Source of the DNA: Octopus vulgaris
Lineage: Eukaryota
Assembly: GCA_951406725.2 (NCBI GenBank)
Contig: OX597833.1
Coordinates: forward strand, 6,262,001 to 6,326,000
Length of the DNA stretch: 64,000 nucleotides
Reading direction: 5' to 3'
The translations under genes and the position numbers were made by a program. The notes beneath the pieces were generated by a model. The model ran no database searches, was not told where the DNA came from, and was given only the letters and a program-made list of their open reading frames with translations. This document shows, piece after piece, positions 52,550 through 63,829 of this stretch. Each line of letters opens with the position of its first letter. The stretch's first letter is position 1.

Positions 52550-53290
52550 CTAAGGAAAGAAGTAAGGAGGCATCACATGTCCTTCATTGCTGACAACCCC
52601 TAAAACCATGACAGTTGCAGGAAATTTTGTATGCATAACACTTGGAACTTCAGAAGGGTCTGCACATAACCATCTGTCATTTCTTCTGTTAACTTTTTAA
52701 TCTTGGTCAAAGTTTTTCTCATTTGGGAAAAAAACCAAATCAAATCTTCTTCTGCTGGATTTTTCAGTTTGTTTAAGAGTCTTTTAGATCTGATGTAGTG
52801 ATTTTCTTTTGCTTTTTCAGACAAATTGACCTTTCCTCATCATTTAAGACTTGTATCTGATGTCTTCGTGGACAACATTTCTGACTGTTCCTTCTGACAC
52901 ATGGAGATCTTTTGCAACTGACCTCATGGACTTTCTGGGATTGTGATCAATGATCTGTTGAACATGCTAGATAAATTCAGGTGTTCTGATGATTTCAGAG
53001 CATTTAGGATGCTTTTTATGCTTTGATACTGGTGGTACATTTCCATCTTCAGTCTCTAACTCCTTACAAACTTTGTAGACGAAAGATCTGACAACTTTTA
53101 AAAAATCGAGATATTTTTAAATTGCTATGCCCAGCCTTTATAACCACAATAACATCATGCCTCTTCATTTCATGAGTAAGCTGAAGGTCTGCCATTATTA
53201 TTTTCTGAAACAAAAATTATGGAGAGTTAGCAAAAAATGCAGCAATGACCCAAAAAAAGCTGTCCTCAAATACCTTAATGCACCCCTCTA
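52550..53290 (-). mobile_element. Tc1/mariner (DD37D/maT-like) transposase pseudogene, 5' part
   Basis: ATG at 53195: MADLQLTHEMKRH.., PRKSMRSVAKDLHVSEGTVRNVV, RLLNKLKNP..WFFS, frameshift, EKNFDQDQKVNRRNDRWL, TKFPATVMVLGVVSNEGHVMPP. Stops and frameshifts are present. Confidence 0.85.
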
Positions 53291-53532
53291 CAAACATACA
53301 TACACCCTCCTACACAACACACAATACAACAATAATTTCCCAGTGGTATTTGTTGAATTGTCTGTTGTATAAACGTTTGTTATTGTTGTTGTTGTTGTTG
53401 TTCTATATTCAGTACACATTTTTGTAGTATTCAATACAGTTCTTTGTCTTGTTTCTATTCCATTTCTGTTCTTTTTTCTCTTTTATTTTTTGCTTTTAAA
53501 CTATTTTTATCCTCTCTTATTTATTTTTGCAG

Positions 53533-53650
53533 ATAAAAAAACTATTCTTAAAAGTATTTCTGGAAAGTTTTGTTCCGGTCAACTGACAGCCATTATGGGC
53601 CCTTCTGGGGCCGGCAAGTCTTCACTGATGAATATTCTTGCTGGATACAG
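53533..53650 (+). CDS. ABCG1: ABCG1/ABCG4-like half-transporter, exon with Walker A (phase 1 to 2)
   Basis: Polypyrimidine tract and cag acceptor; [39 protein letters not shown]; donor AG|gtatgt; 118 nt. ABCG1 versus ABCG4 orthology cannot be resolved from sequence alone. Confidence 0.95.
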
Positions 53651-53717
53651 GTATGTTGTTGTTCTTGTTATCAAGTGCCCTACTTCTTGTTTGTCTCAAA
53701 TCCTGTTTGAAAGTCAC

Positions 53718-53760
<43 letters not shown>

Positions 53761-53969
53761 GCATGCCAGGCGAAATGCTTAGCCGTATTTTGTCTGCCGT
53801 TATGTTCTGAGTTCAAATTCTGCCAAGGTCGACTTTGCCTTTCATCCTTTCGGGGTCGATAAATTAAGTACCAGTTATGCACTGGGGTCGATGCAATCGA
53901 CTTAATCCGTTTGTCTGTCCTTGTTTGTCCTCTCTGTGTTTAGCCCCTTGGGGGTAGTAAAGAAATAGT
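53761..53969 (+). mobile_element. SINE family B monomer (head partly lost), intronic
   Basis: GCGAAATGCTTAGCCGTATTTTGTCTGCC through GCCCCTTGGGGGTAGTAAAGAAATAG. Confidence 0.8.
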
Positions 53970-54463
53970 CTGTGTATGTCTGTTTGTCTGCCACCACTGC
54001 TTCACTACTGGGAGGTGTTGGTGTGTTTACCTCCCCAAAACTTAGCAGTTTGGCAGAAGAGACTAATAAGGACCAGGCTTTAAGAAAAAAATGTACTGGG
54101 TTTTATTCATTCAACTAAAAGTTCTTCAAGGCAGAGCCCCAGCATGGCCACAGTCTAATGACTGAAACAAGTAAAAGATAAAAACCTGTCCGAGCTGTTT
54201 GTCCTTTGGATAAACTGGGAGATTATTACCTCCCTTGGAAACTGTTGGTTGGGGACAGGAAGAGCATCCAGCTGTAGAAAAACCTTGCCTGAAGGCACAC
54301 TTAAAGCATAGGATGACAAGTTCCAACCTCAGCTTTATAGTTCACCCCTCCAGGGTTGCTAAAATATAAGCACTGTAAAATACTGGGGTTGATATAACCG
54401 GCTGACCCCTTCACACATATTTCAAGCCCTTTGTGTTAGGAACAATAATTACTGCTGCTGTTA

Positions 54464-54753
54464 TTGGCCCAGTGGACCAATAGCCAACCCTACCTTAATA
54501 CCAGTTATATAATGGGGTCAAGTCCACAGACCAATACCTTCCCTCTTACCTAAATACCATCTGTATACCGAGGTCCAAGTAGCTACCTTCTTACTTAAAT
54601 ACCAGTTGTATACTAAGGCCCAGCAGAGCAATACCCTACCTCTTCCTAGAATACCAGTTATATATTGAGGTCCATTTCTCCAACCAATACCCACTACCAC
54701 CAGCACCTTTTTTTTTAACCCAAATACCAGTGATATACTAAGGTCCTTTTCAT
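54464..54753. repeat. Right arm of 290-bp inverted duplication
   Basis: Reverse complement of 49111-49401. Confidence 0.9.
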
Positions 54754-54959
54754 GTGATGTTGCTCCAGCTGAGGCTGTCACCGAGTTTTAATCCTTTTCT
54801 GCTGAAGCTGCTAAAGCTCTCTCTATTATCCGCCATGAATCACAACCCTCCTTCCTCGTTCTCAATTTGTGTAATTAAGTCATCGTTAATTAACCAGTTT
54901 GTACTTGATGTTCTCTCTGAACAATATCAAGCAGGGGTCCTACTGTCAGACAGGAATGC

Positions 54960-54993
54960 GTGCGTGCACGTGTGTGTGTTTGTGTGTTTGCTT

Positions 54994-55068
<75 letters not shown>

Positions 55069-55279
55069 AGTTGTGTGTGTGTGTGTGTGTGTGAGTGTGT
55101 GTGTATTTGCTTGTGTGAGTGTGTGTGTGTGTGTGTGTGTTTGCTTGTGTGTGTGTGTATGTTTGCTTGTGTGTGTGTGTGTGGTGTTGCATGTGACTGA
55201 AAGAGTGGTGTGTGTGTGTGTGTGTGTGTGAGACACAAGGGTGTGTGGTGGTGATGATGGCGGAGTAAAGCACTGAGTG

Positions 55280-55316
<37 letters not shown>

Positions 55317-55920
55317 GCAGTGATTGTGTGTAAGAGAGGGAGAGAATGACGTATATGTGAGAGGGGAAAGATAGAGTTATGTGTGATGGTGGTGGTGCAG
55401 AGAGACACTGAGTGGTGTATGTGGTGGTGGTGGTGGTGGTGGTGGAGTGGGTGAGAGAAGGAGAGGGTAATGTGTGACAATTGAAATGGAATCTTCCACT
55501 TGTCCTGTGATGTTTCAATAATTAACAACAACCGATATCTGTGTCTCGGATGTGTCTCAGCTACTTAATCCTACACACCTCACTCTGACTCACTTCACAC
55601 ACACACACACGCACTCATCCACTCTTACACACATACGCACACACACACATACATACACACATACATACATACATATACATACATACATACATACATATAT
55701 ACACACATACAAACGTACATACACACAGAAATACATACATACGTACATACATACATACATACATACATACATACATACATACATACATACATCAACACAC
55801 ATACATACATACATACATACATACATACATACATACATACATACAAACACACATACATACATATTGTCATACACTCACACACTATCACATACACATACAC
55901 ATGCACTATCACATATACAC
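54960..55920. repeat. (TG)n block followed by (CA)n/(CATA)n block
   Basis: TG-rich 54960-55300 and CA/CATA-rich 55590-55920. Confidence 0.9.
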
Positions 55921-57098
55921 ATATTTTTCTTTGTCTTACAAATGAGTAATAACTGAGTACTCAGTCTGTTGTGAGGAGTATTTTAAAATAAAACTCCTCA
56001 CTCACATCACTGCTACTCAGTTTCAACATTAAAATTGTGATGTTTTGTGTATATGCGAGTGTGTGAGAGCATATATAACACACACACACACACACACAGA
56101 CACATGGTGTCTCTTACCCCTAAAAAAGATACACACTCGATGCTTACAAAGATAGTGTTTACTCAAATACAGTTCTTTTTTTTTTTATCCTGAATGCTTA
56201 TATTCAATCTGGTGGGTTTTTTCCGATCCGAGCAATTCTGCTAACAGGATGCAAAAGAATGGCAAACATCAAGGAACATTTTGTTTGATATTTGTTTAAC
56301 ATTCTCATTCAGTGGCTGACCATAATTTGAAATTATTTCTAACGAGATAAATCGAAAACAAAAAATGAGGTATCAGTTGTTAAAAAGTGTATATACATTG
56401 TTGGAGGGACACCCTGTGCGTGTGTGTGCGTTTATGTATATATATATATATGTGTGTGTGTGTGTATGTGTGTGTGTATATATATATATATAAATATATA
56501 CACTTTGATTTTTTTTTTTGGTTTGCATGCTGATACACACTTCATGCCCACAAACAAACAGAACGAATGCAGTTCCGATGATGGACAGTCAACAATTATT
56601 GAAAAGGTTGCAAAAACCAACATAAAATGTAAATGAGTGTAAATCGAATTAGTGAGTGAGTTAATTAATAAGGCATTAAAACAGCATGACTCTCCCCAGA
56701 TGCAACAAATATATATATATATATAAGATAAAACTTACTTGGAAGTGGATGTGTGGTGTTCGATCATATAATAATATAAATAATTATATATACATACATA
56801 TATGTACATACCTTCTTGTATATGTATATATACATGCATACATGGGTACAGGGCATAAAAAAAAACACATGAACAAATAAAAAATAAAAACATGGAAAGT
56901 GAAATTTTTTTTGAAACAACGAAAGAAGCAAATAGAGAAACGAGACAGGGGTAACATAAAGAACAATCCCTTCATCAGTTGTCCTCTGTTCGAAATGCAG
57001 AGTAGATAAAACAGGGGGCAACTGATGAAGAGAATGTCCAACGTATGTCAGCATAGAAAAACGGATGTTAAACGATGATGATGTTGATGATATATCTA

Positions 57099-57330
57099 CG
57101 GGGTTGGCCAAAAGTCTCCTGACAGTAAATCAAAACCATTTAATTCCAAGATTTATTTATGTTTTAGAACTGAATGAATTTAATAAAAGCATCGAAATAT
57201 GAAACATTGTGAAAATGGTTCAAACTGAAGTCCTTCTTGGACGACATTTTTTTCTTTGGAATCAATACAGAATTACAAATAGTATTTATGGAACTTTGGT
57301 TTACTGTTGGGTGACTTTTGGCCTACCCTG
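57099..57330. mobile_element. Tc1/mariner-type MITE
   Basis: TA|CGGGGTTGGCCAAAAGTCTCCTGACAGTAAATCAAA ... TTTGGTTTACTGTTGGGTGACTTTTGGCCTACCCTG|TA; about 36-bp imperfect TIRs. Confidence 0.8.
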
Positions 57331-57434
57331 TATGTGTGTGTGTATATATATATATATATCGCCATGTTGAATCGCTAGCCTCTGCATGCATTTTTTTTCT
57401 CTCCTTGTTTCTTTCTGTGTTTCTTTTCTGTGTA

Positions 57435-57472
57435 TCTTTCTGTCGAAGAGCGTAGGCTCGAAACGTAAAAGA
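57435..57472 (+). ncRNA. Minimal hammerhead-like motif (CUGUCGA variant) within a 57362-57572 Penelope-like remnant
   Basis: UCUUU / CUGUCGA A / GAGC-GUAG-GCUC / GAAA / ACGU palindrome, GUA triplet / AAAGA. Stem I 5 bp and stem II 4 bp. Confidence 0.55.
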
Positions 57473-57568
57473 CTTGTTTTATTTATATTTCCTGAGCGCT
57501 ATATTTATACAATTGTTTGTTTGTATTCCACCTGCCTTCGTCTTTTGTTTATTTTCATAAAGCTTCCC

Positions 57569-57610
<42 letters not shown>

Positions 57611-57659
57611 GTGTGTGAGAGAAAGGAAATATGTAAAACCGTGTTGTTGTTTTCCACAG

Positions 57660-57849
57660 GACCTCTAATGTCAGCGGAGATATCTTGATTAAAGGCAAAG
57701 AACGAAACCTGAGAACATTCCGTAAAATGTCTTGTTATATCATGCAAGATGACCATTTACTGCCCCATCTCAGTGTCGAGGAGTCGATGATGTGTTCTGC
57801 AAACCTGAAACTAAATGAGAAGATGAGTAAAGCGGAGAAGCAGAGTTTG
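57660..57849 (+). CDS. ABCG1: ABCG1/ABCG4-like exon with Q-loop (phase 2 to 0)
   Basis: ttttccacag acceptor; TSNVSGDILIKGKERNLRTFRKMSCYIMQDDHLLPHLSVEESMMCSANLKLNEKMSKAEKQSL; donor gtaagt; 190 nt. Confidence 0.95.
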
Positions 57850-58006
57850 GTAAGTAAATAGATCTCCTGCTTTCTTTTATTAACATTGTCTCTTATTTAC
57901 CTCTGTCTGTACATGTTTGTGTTGATTGTTTGTGTCTCGAGCCTATTTCTCCTTTGTTTGTGTGTGTAGGTGTTGTTTATGTTTGAGTCTCAGTCTTTAC
58001 CAGTTA

Positions 58007-58400
58007 CTAGCAGTATTGCCCGGCTTTGCTCGGGTTTGTCTCAACCCTTTAGAATTGGAATTTTTGAAAAGTAAAAATTTTGCATTATGTAGCTTGTTAT
58101 TCTCTTTAAGTGAACATTTTTCTGGTTGAAATACACCGAAAAATGGCGACACAGCAGTAAAAAAAACGTAAAAAATAGGGATTTTCATAGAAAAAAAAGC
58201 ACCTTTTTGATGTAAATAATTTTTGGTGTTAACATGGTCCGATTTATAATTTTTTCTTCTGTGGAAGGAAGAGCAAGCCTTCTTCTATCATACTCTCAAT
58301 TTTGGTCAAGTTGTGCTGCAGGGTCTCGGAGAAGATAGTGTTAGTTGAAGGCTGCCAAATCTGCCATACATAGACAACTTCAGCTTTATTTAGAGAGAGA
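58007..58400 (-). mobile_element. Non-autonomous Helitron
   Basis: Minus strand A|TC 5' end and CTAG|T 3' end, with GC-rich hairpin CCCGAGCAAAGCCGGG (58019-58034) 8 nt before CTAG. Confidence 0.75.
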
Positions 58401-58418
58401 TTGATATCCATCGTTATA

Positions 58419-58600
58419 CAGTAATCTCTCAACTATTGCAGGTGTTACATTCCAAAACACCCCTCGATCAGTGAAAATCCACAAAGTAGGAACAGTACTG
58501 TACTGTATATATATTTATTTTATTCTAATTGCAAAGCAACCCCACAGAGGAATCGACGTAAGCTTAAATAATAAACTGCTATGTGTCGAGGGGGTTACTG
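58419..58600. mobile_element. pogo/Tigger-like MITE (diverged copy of 14512-14726)
   Basis: TA|CAGTAATCTCTC...GAGGGGGTTACTG; shares GTGAAAATCC and AACAGTACTGTACTGT. Confidence 0.7.
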
Positions 58601-59796
58601 TGGTTGTCTTCTGTTTTTATATTTCTCCATTGATCCTTCAACATTTGGATTACTCTGTTGAATGTTGTGTGTTTGTTTAGTTACATCCTTTTGAATTGAT
58701 CCTACATTATCTCAAAGCTTCAAGATTTTGTTGAAAAGATTATATATTCATGGAATGACATTGTAGGATAGGCGTGATAGGCTGGATGAAATACTAAAGG
58801 GTTAACGGCCGCACCAATATCTGTGATTTTAGCATAAACACCAAAACCTTTGATCTTGTGTCACTTTAGGGGCCCAGAATTCTGGATCTGTTGGATCATG
58901 GCTTTGATCCGGCCTTGGGGATTCTATCACACTTGAGGGGTGTTTGATGTAGATTGAACCCACTCTGCACACTTTGTCCTGCAGTATTGGATGTCGGGTG
59001 CAATGCAGTGTCTGTCTGATTCCCTGAATAATAACACAAAAGAGGTGGGTGAGTTTCCTTCCGGGTTGTACTATTTCCCCTCTTTCATAAAGGTCACCTG
59101 TTGATGATGGTATCATCATCATCATCATCATCAGTATTGTCATTTTAACATCCATTCCCTCCTTGCTGATTTCCATTCATAATGTTTTCTGTTAAATTTA
59201 ATTCCACTGTACCTCCAAACATGCCCTTCCCCAAAGACATTTCTTTCCTATTTCCTCAAAACTACAATTGTTTACATTGATGTTTAGCAATTTGTAACAA
59301 TCTATAAATACATCCAGCAAACTCCTCCCCCTCTCTCCATATCTATCAATGAACTGGCTGAACCTTACCTCCACTCTCACCCACCTGTATTAATAGAACA
59401 CTGTTATCTCCCAGTCAACTCCCCCCCCCCCGCCGTCCCTCCGTACTCCCTGTTATCTTTGTTACTTTTTGAACTTGACCTTGAACCATTATAGCTTATC
59501 TTTGTGGAGTTTACCTGTCAACACAGGTGAGAGCTCTACCTGAACAAGGAAAAGACCAGCCACTTACTCCTTCCTTACCTGTGACCTTGTTCTAATCTGC
59601 GACATCTTTATCTTTAACATGGCTTCATTTTAAAGAAATATTTTTTAGATAAAGTCGATTTGTTTGTGGGTGTTGAGTTCAATATCTGGGTCAGTCAAAC
59701 AATGAATATTATGGTTCAAGGACAAGGTGAGGGAAAGAATAATTCTTAGAAGAAGAATGACCTTGGTATGGATAATAGAATGGGAACTATCTACTT

Positions 59797-60164
59797 TCTT
59801 TTATTTGTTTCAGTCATTTGACTGCGGCCATGCTGGAGCAGCGGCTTTAGTCGAAGAAATCGACCCCAGGACTTATTCTTTGTAAGCCTAGTACTTATTC
59901 TGTTGGTCTTTTTTGCCGAACTGCTAAGTTATGGGGACATAAACACACCAACATCTCTTATCAAGCGATGCTGGGGAGGACAAACATACACACACACACA
60001 TATACAACGGGCTTCTTTCAGTTTCCGTCTACCAAATCCACTCACAAGGCTTTGGTCAGCCCGAGGCTATAGTAGAAGACACTTGCCCAAGGTGCCACGC
60101 AGTGGGGCTGAACCTGGAACCATGTGGTTAGTAAGCAAGCTTCTTACCACACAGCCACTCCTGC
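59797..60164 (-). mobile_element. SINE family A, full length
   Basis: Complete reverse complement of the family A structure. Confidence 0.85.
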
Positions 60165-60910
60165 ATCTACTTCTGTAGATTTAATAAAGGATTTCATTCC
60201 AAATCCCAAGAACATGCTAAATATGGCCCCTAAAGGAGGCTAAAGGGACAACCTTGAAATGTGATTAAACCAACCAAGAACAGGGCTCTGATCTGAATAT
60301 ATCAGTTTATAATAATGGATTCAAATTTTGGTGCAAGGCAAGTAGTTTGTGGTGGGGGGGTTGTTAAATCAATTACATTGACCCCCAATACTCAACTAGT
60401 ATTTATTTTATCAACCTCAAAAGGAGGGAAGACAAAGCTAACCTCAGCGGAATTTGAACTCAGAATGTAAAAGCTGATGAAATGCCACTAAGCTTCTTAA
60501 TGTCTGTGTTAGCTTGGCTCCGCTGTTGAGCAGTGTTACAGATTGAACACTTGAATACTGGTTCCTCGTTCAAGAAAACATATGATGGTGAGGTCTCTTG
60601 TTGTATAGTAAGTCTGGTTGATAGTTAAGGTCAGTAGTTGTCGAACAGAATGGTCTGAGGTGTCAAGTCCCATGATGTGCCTGGGTCAGTCAGATGATCC
60701 ACTCACCAATTTGTACAGTAAGGGGTACTTAGTAAGGAAGAACTGTAGAGATTTGAGCCAATCAAAATATCGTAGCTTTTGCAACACCTTGTACTCAGAA
60801 TCCCTTGCATCTACTTGTACTCTAACATCTCTTGTACTTGAACTCATGATCTCCAGTGACAAAGAACAAACTGGTAAATAATAGGGTTTTCTTTTTTTTT
60901 TGTTTTCCAG

Positions 60911-61056
60911 GTTGATGAAATTCTTGAGACTCTTGGACTAACAGAGACCAAAAAGACACGGACTGGCAACTTGTCAGGTGGACAGAGAAAGAGACTGTCC
61001 ATTGCTCTAGAGCTCGTTAATAACCCACCAATTATGTTCTTTGATGAACCGACCAG
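60911..61056 (+). CDS. ABCG1: ABCG1/ABCG4-like exon with ABC signature and Walker B (phase 0 to 2)
   Basis: ttttccag acceptor; [48 protein letters not shown](S); donor AG|gtaaaa; 146 nt. Confidence 0.97.
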
Positions 61057-61109
61057 GTAAAACTGTCGTTTTATGATGCCTTCACATCTCTTTTCTATTC
61101 TCTTCTTAC

Positions 61110-61770
61110 TTGTGCATTTAGACATCTGTTGTTCAACAGATCCACACCTTCACTCATGAAACAAACACTTTTGACATCTGTTATTAAATAAACAGAGTCT
61201 TTGATATTTGTTGTTCATCAGACACCTTAATACTTGTTAAATAGACATTCTGTCTCTTGCTGTTCAGCGCCTACTTTAATTCTTGTTAAATAGACAGAGA
61301 CTCTGACAGTTTATTGAATGCAGAAACACTTTGATGCTTGTTGGTTCAACACACACACACACACACACATTGATAACTGTTGTCCAATAGACACTTTGAT
61401 ACTTGATTTTTCAATAGACAGACACTCTGATGCCTGTTGTTGAATAGGCCGGCCCTTTGTTGCAAGTCATTCAATAAACTGATGCTTAGAGTTTTGTTAC
61501 GCAACAGACAGACACTTTGAACTTAGGCAAAAGTTGTTCAAAAGACACTTTGAGCCTTGTTGTTTAAAGGACACACACTTTGAACCTTGTTGTTCAACAG
61601 ACATGCGATTTGAGTCTTGTTGTTCAAGACAGACAGACACTCTGACTCAATTTGTTCAGTAAACTCACACTTTGAATTTTGATTCATTTTGAACAGACAG
61701 TTTGACATTCGTTGATTTAATGATAGGCCTTGATACCTGTTGTTGAACGAACATTTTGATATTTGTCTTC
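61110..61770. repeat. Degenerate minisatellite of about 30 bp (TTGTTGTTCAACAGACACACTTTGA-like)
   Basis: Recurring TGTTGTTCAA/AGACAC/TTTGA modules fill most of this intron. Confidence 0.7.
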
Positions 61771-61880
61771 AGCACACACATACACACACACACACACACA
61801 CTCTCTCTCTCCCGTGTGATTGCTAATGGTTTCCCTGTTTCTCAGCAGACATCTAACACCTTACCTTTTCTCTCCTCCAG

Positions 61881-62004
61881 TGGTTTGGACAGTGCCTCCT
61901 GTTATCAGTGTATATCTTTATTGAAGTCTTTGGCTGCTGGCGGCAGAACCGTTGTCTGTACTATACATCAACCCAGTGCAAAACTCTTTGAGATGTTTGA
62001 CCAT
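61881..62004 (+). CDS. ABCG1: ABCG1/ABCG4-like exon with D-loop and H-loop (phase 2 to 0)
   Basis: ctcctccag acceptor; [41 protein letters not shown]; donor gtgagt; 124 nt. Confidence 0.97.
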
Positions 62005-62625
62005 GTGAGTAACAACCCTTTGCTTCTTTTTCCTCTTTTCTACCCCCTAAATATGGTGGGATGGGTTTATAGGAGGACTCTCTTGTCAGTACATTGGTGA
62101 AATGGCATCATCATTTGACATCTACTTTCCATGCTGGTATGGGTCAGAGTGGTTCTCACAGTCCAAGACAATTCTTGCTCTGAGTTGCTGCTTCCCTAGG
62201 CAGACCAAAGGATCACATCTTGTTCCTACATTTCACCTGACTGGGCAATGCGCAGCATTGCTAATCAGCTGTTGTGGCACACCACAGCTAATTGTATATT
62301 GCTCCCTGTTGCTAACAGGGCACTACATCCCATTACTAATAGAATACTGCATTTTTTTGTTCACTAACTGGCCACTTTGTCTTGTTGCTAACGAGCAACT
62401 GTGCTTCATTACTAACAGAGCTATTTGTTTTGTTGCTAACTGGCCCTTCTTATCCTCCCTTTGTCTATCTGTATATGTAGCCCCACATCCAAATAGGGTT
62501 TGCTTAAATAGAAAGATTTGTTTAAGAGGGGTTGAAAATGGTCAAACATTGAAGCCACAAAGAAATGTAATCTTTTATAAACACCATCTATTTTAGTTGA
62601 ACTATTTGTCTGTTTGTCTTTTCAG

Positions 62626-62740
62626 TTATACATGCTGGCTGAAGGTCAGTGTATCTACCGTGGATGTGTTTCCAATTTACTGCCATATTTCGAAAAACAA
62701 GGAGTTGTCTGTCCACCATACCACAACCCTGCAGATTTTG
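62626..62740 (+). CDS. ABCG1: ABCG1/ABCG4-like exon ending in NPADF (phase 0 to 1)
   Basis: cttttcag acceptor; [38 protein letters not shown]; donor G|gtaaat; 115 nt. Confidence 0.96.
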
Positions 62741-62969
62741 GTAAATTTAACAGCTTTTCTTCTCGTCTCCTCACCATGTGACCCTCTCACTCTTTCTCAC
62801 ATGCTTGCATAAACACACACACAGATACATGCTCACACATACACACCCAATAAGTTATGAACCACACACATATATGTGTACATACACACCCAAGTGAATT
62901 GTGAACCCCACACACATACATGCATATACATACACACCCATGTAAGTTGTAGACTGCTTTCTTCTCCAC

Positions 62970-63283
62970 TGGAGTTCATATAAGATTTTTGGGGTCCATG
63001 CAAAGCACATTAGTAAATTAAGGATTTACAGCAGTAAATTAAGGATCCATTGAAAAAAATTTAGTCGCAAAATGTATTTATTTGAAGAAACAGCTAAATT
63101 CCATTTTCTAACATTTTACATAAATTAATCTAAACAAGTGAATGTTTGAATAACAAAATAGGAATTTTCAAAGAAATTTCTATAAAACTAGTTTTAAACA
63201 TTGAACAGCTATGGGGGTCCACCAGAATAAACAAAATTGTAATCAAAGGGGTCAGTAGACAAAAAAATGGTTGAGAACCATGG
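62970..63283. mobile_element. Probable hAT-type MITE remnant
   Basis: GGGGTCC subterminal motifs and a terminus AAAATGGTTGAGAACCATG; other end and TSD not identified. Confidence 0.4.
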
Positions 63284-63339
63284 GTCTACTCATTTATTCA
63301 TTCATACATGCATAACAATTACTTTCCTTTTTTGGTTTC

Positions 63340-63374
63340 CTGATGAAGGACAACTGTCTGAAACGTCAGGTCAC
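63340..63374 (+). ncRNA. Minimal hammerhead core in a Penelope-like remnant (stem I degraded)
   Basis: CUGAUGA A GGAC-AACU-GUCU GAAA, ACGU palindrome, GUC triplet. Upstream GGUUUC pairs poorly with downstream AGGUCA. Confidence 0.5.
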
Positions 63375-63473
63375 TCTCTTTCTCCATTGAAACGTTAAAC
63401 TACCACCATATCAAACTTTATTGTTCTTGTGTTGTTATTTTAACACTGTGTTTGTGTTATTTCTTGGTTACAG

Positions 63474-63829
63474 CTATTGAAGTTGCCGTTGGAGAATATG
63501 GTATTGAGAAAGTGAACCAGTTGATTCTGGCTGTGAAGAATGGTCGCTGTGTCCGACCTCTTCCTTCTCCGGAGATTGTCATCAACGACCAGGAAAAAGC
63601 AGCGTTGATGCGGTGCGAGAAAGAAGCTATGATGGTTAATGGTACACAGACGGTGCACCACAACCAGCATGAGTATGACTGGAACCCGGAATTGGAGGAG
63701 AAGAAGAAATTAATGGAACCGGCGGCTTTGTCGAACCTATGTAATGGTTACACCAATAATCACATACCTGTGCAGGTGGACCACATTAAACCTCACATAA
63801 ACACTCCGACTATTGTCACCAAAGCAGAT
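63474..63829 (+). CDS. ABCG1: ABCG1/ABCG4-like exon: NBD-TMD linker (phase 1 to 0); gene continues beyond window
   Basis: ttacag acceptor; (A)IEVAVGEYGIEKVNQLILAVKNG...IVTKAD; donor gtaagt; 356 nt. EVA.GEYG follows NPADF as in ABCG1/4. The 3' boundary is less certain. Confidence 0.85.

Noticed and set aside
56968-57032. Short inverted repeat with CTGATGA in both arms
   Set aside because: No correctly placed stem II-GAAA-NUH; likely a rearranged repeat fragment.
60520-60830. Possible I/Nimb-type LINE zinc-knuckle remnant (LNEEPVFKCSICN, minus strand)
   Set aside because: Similarity too fragmentary to support without a search.
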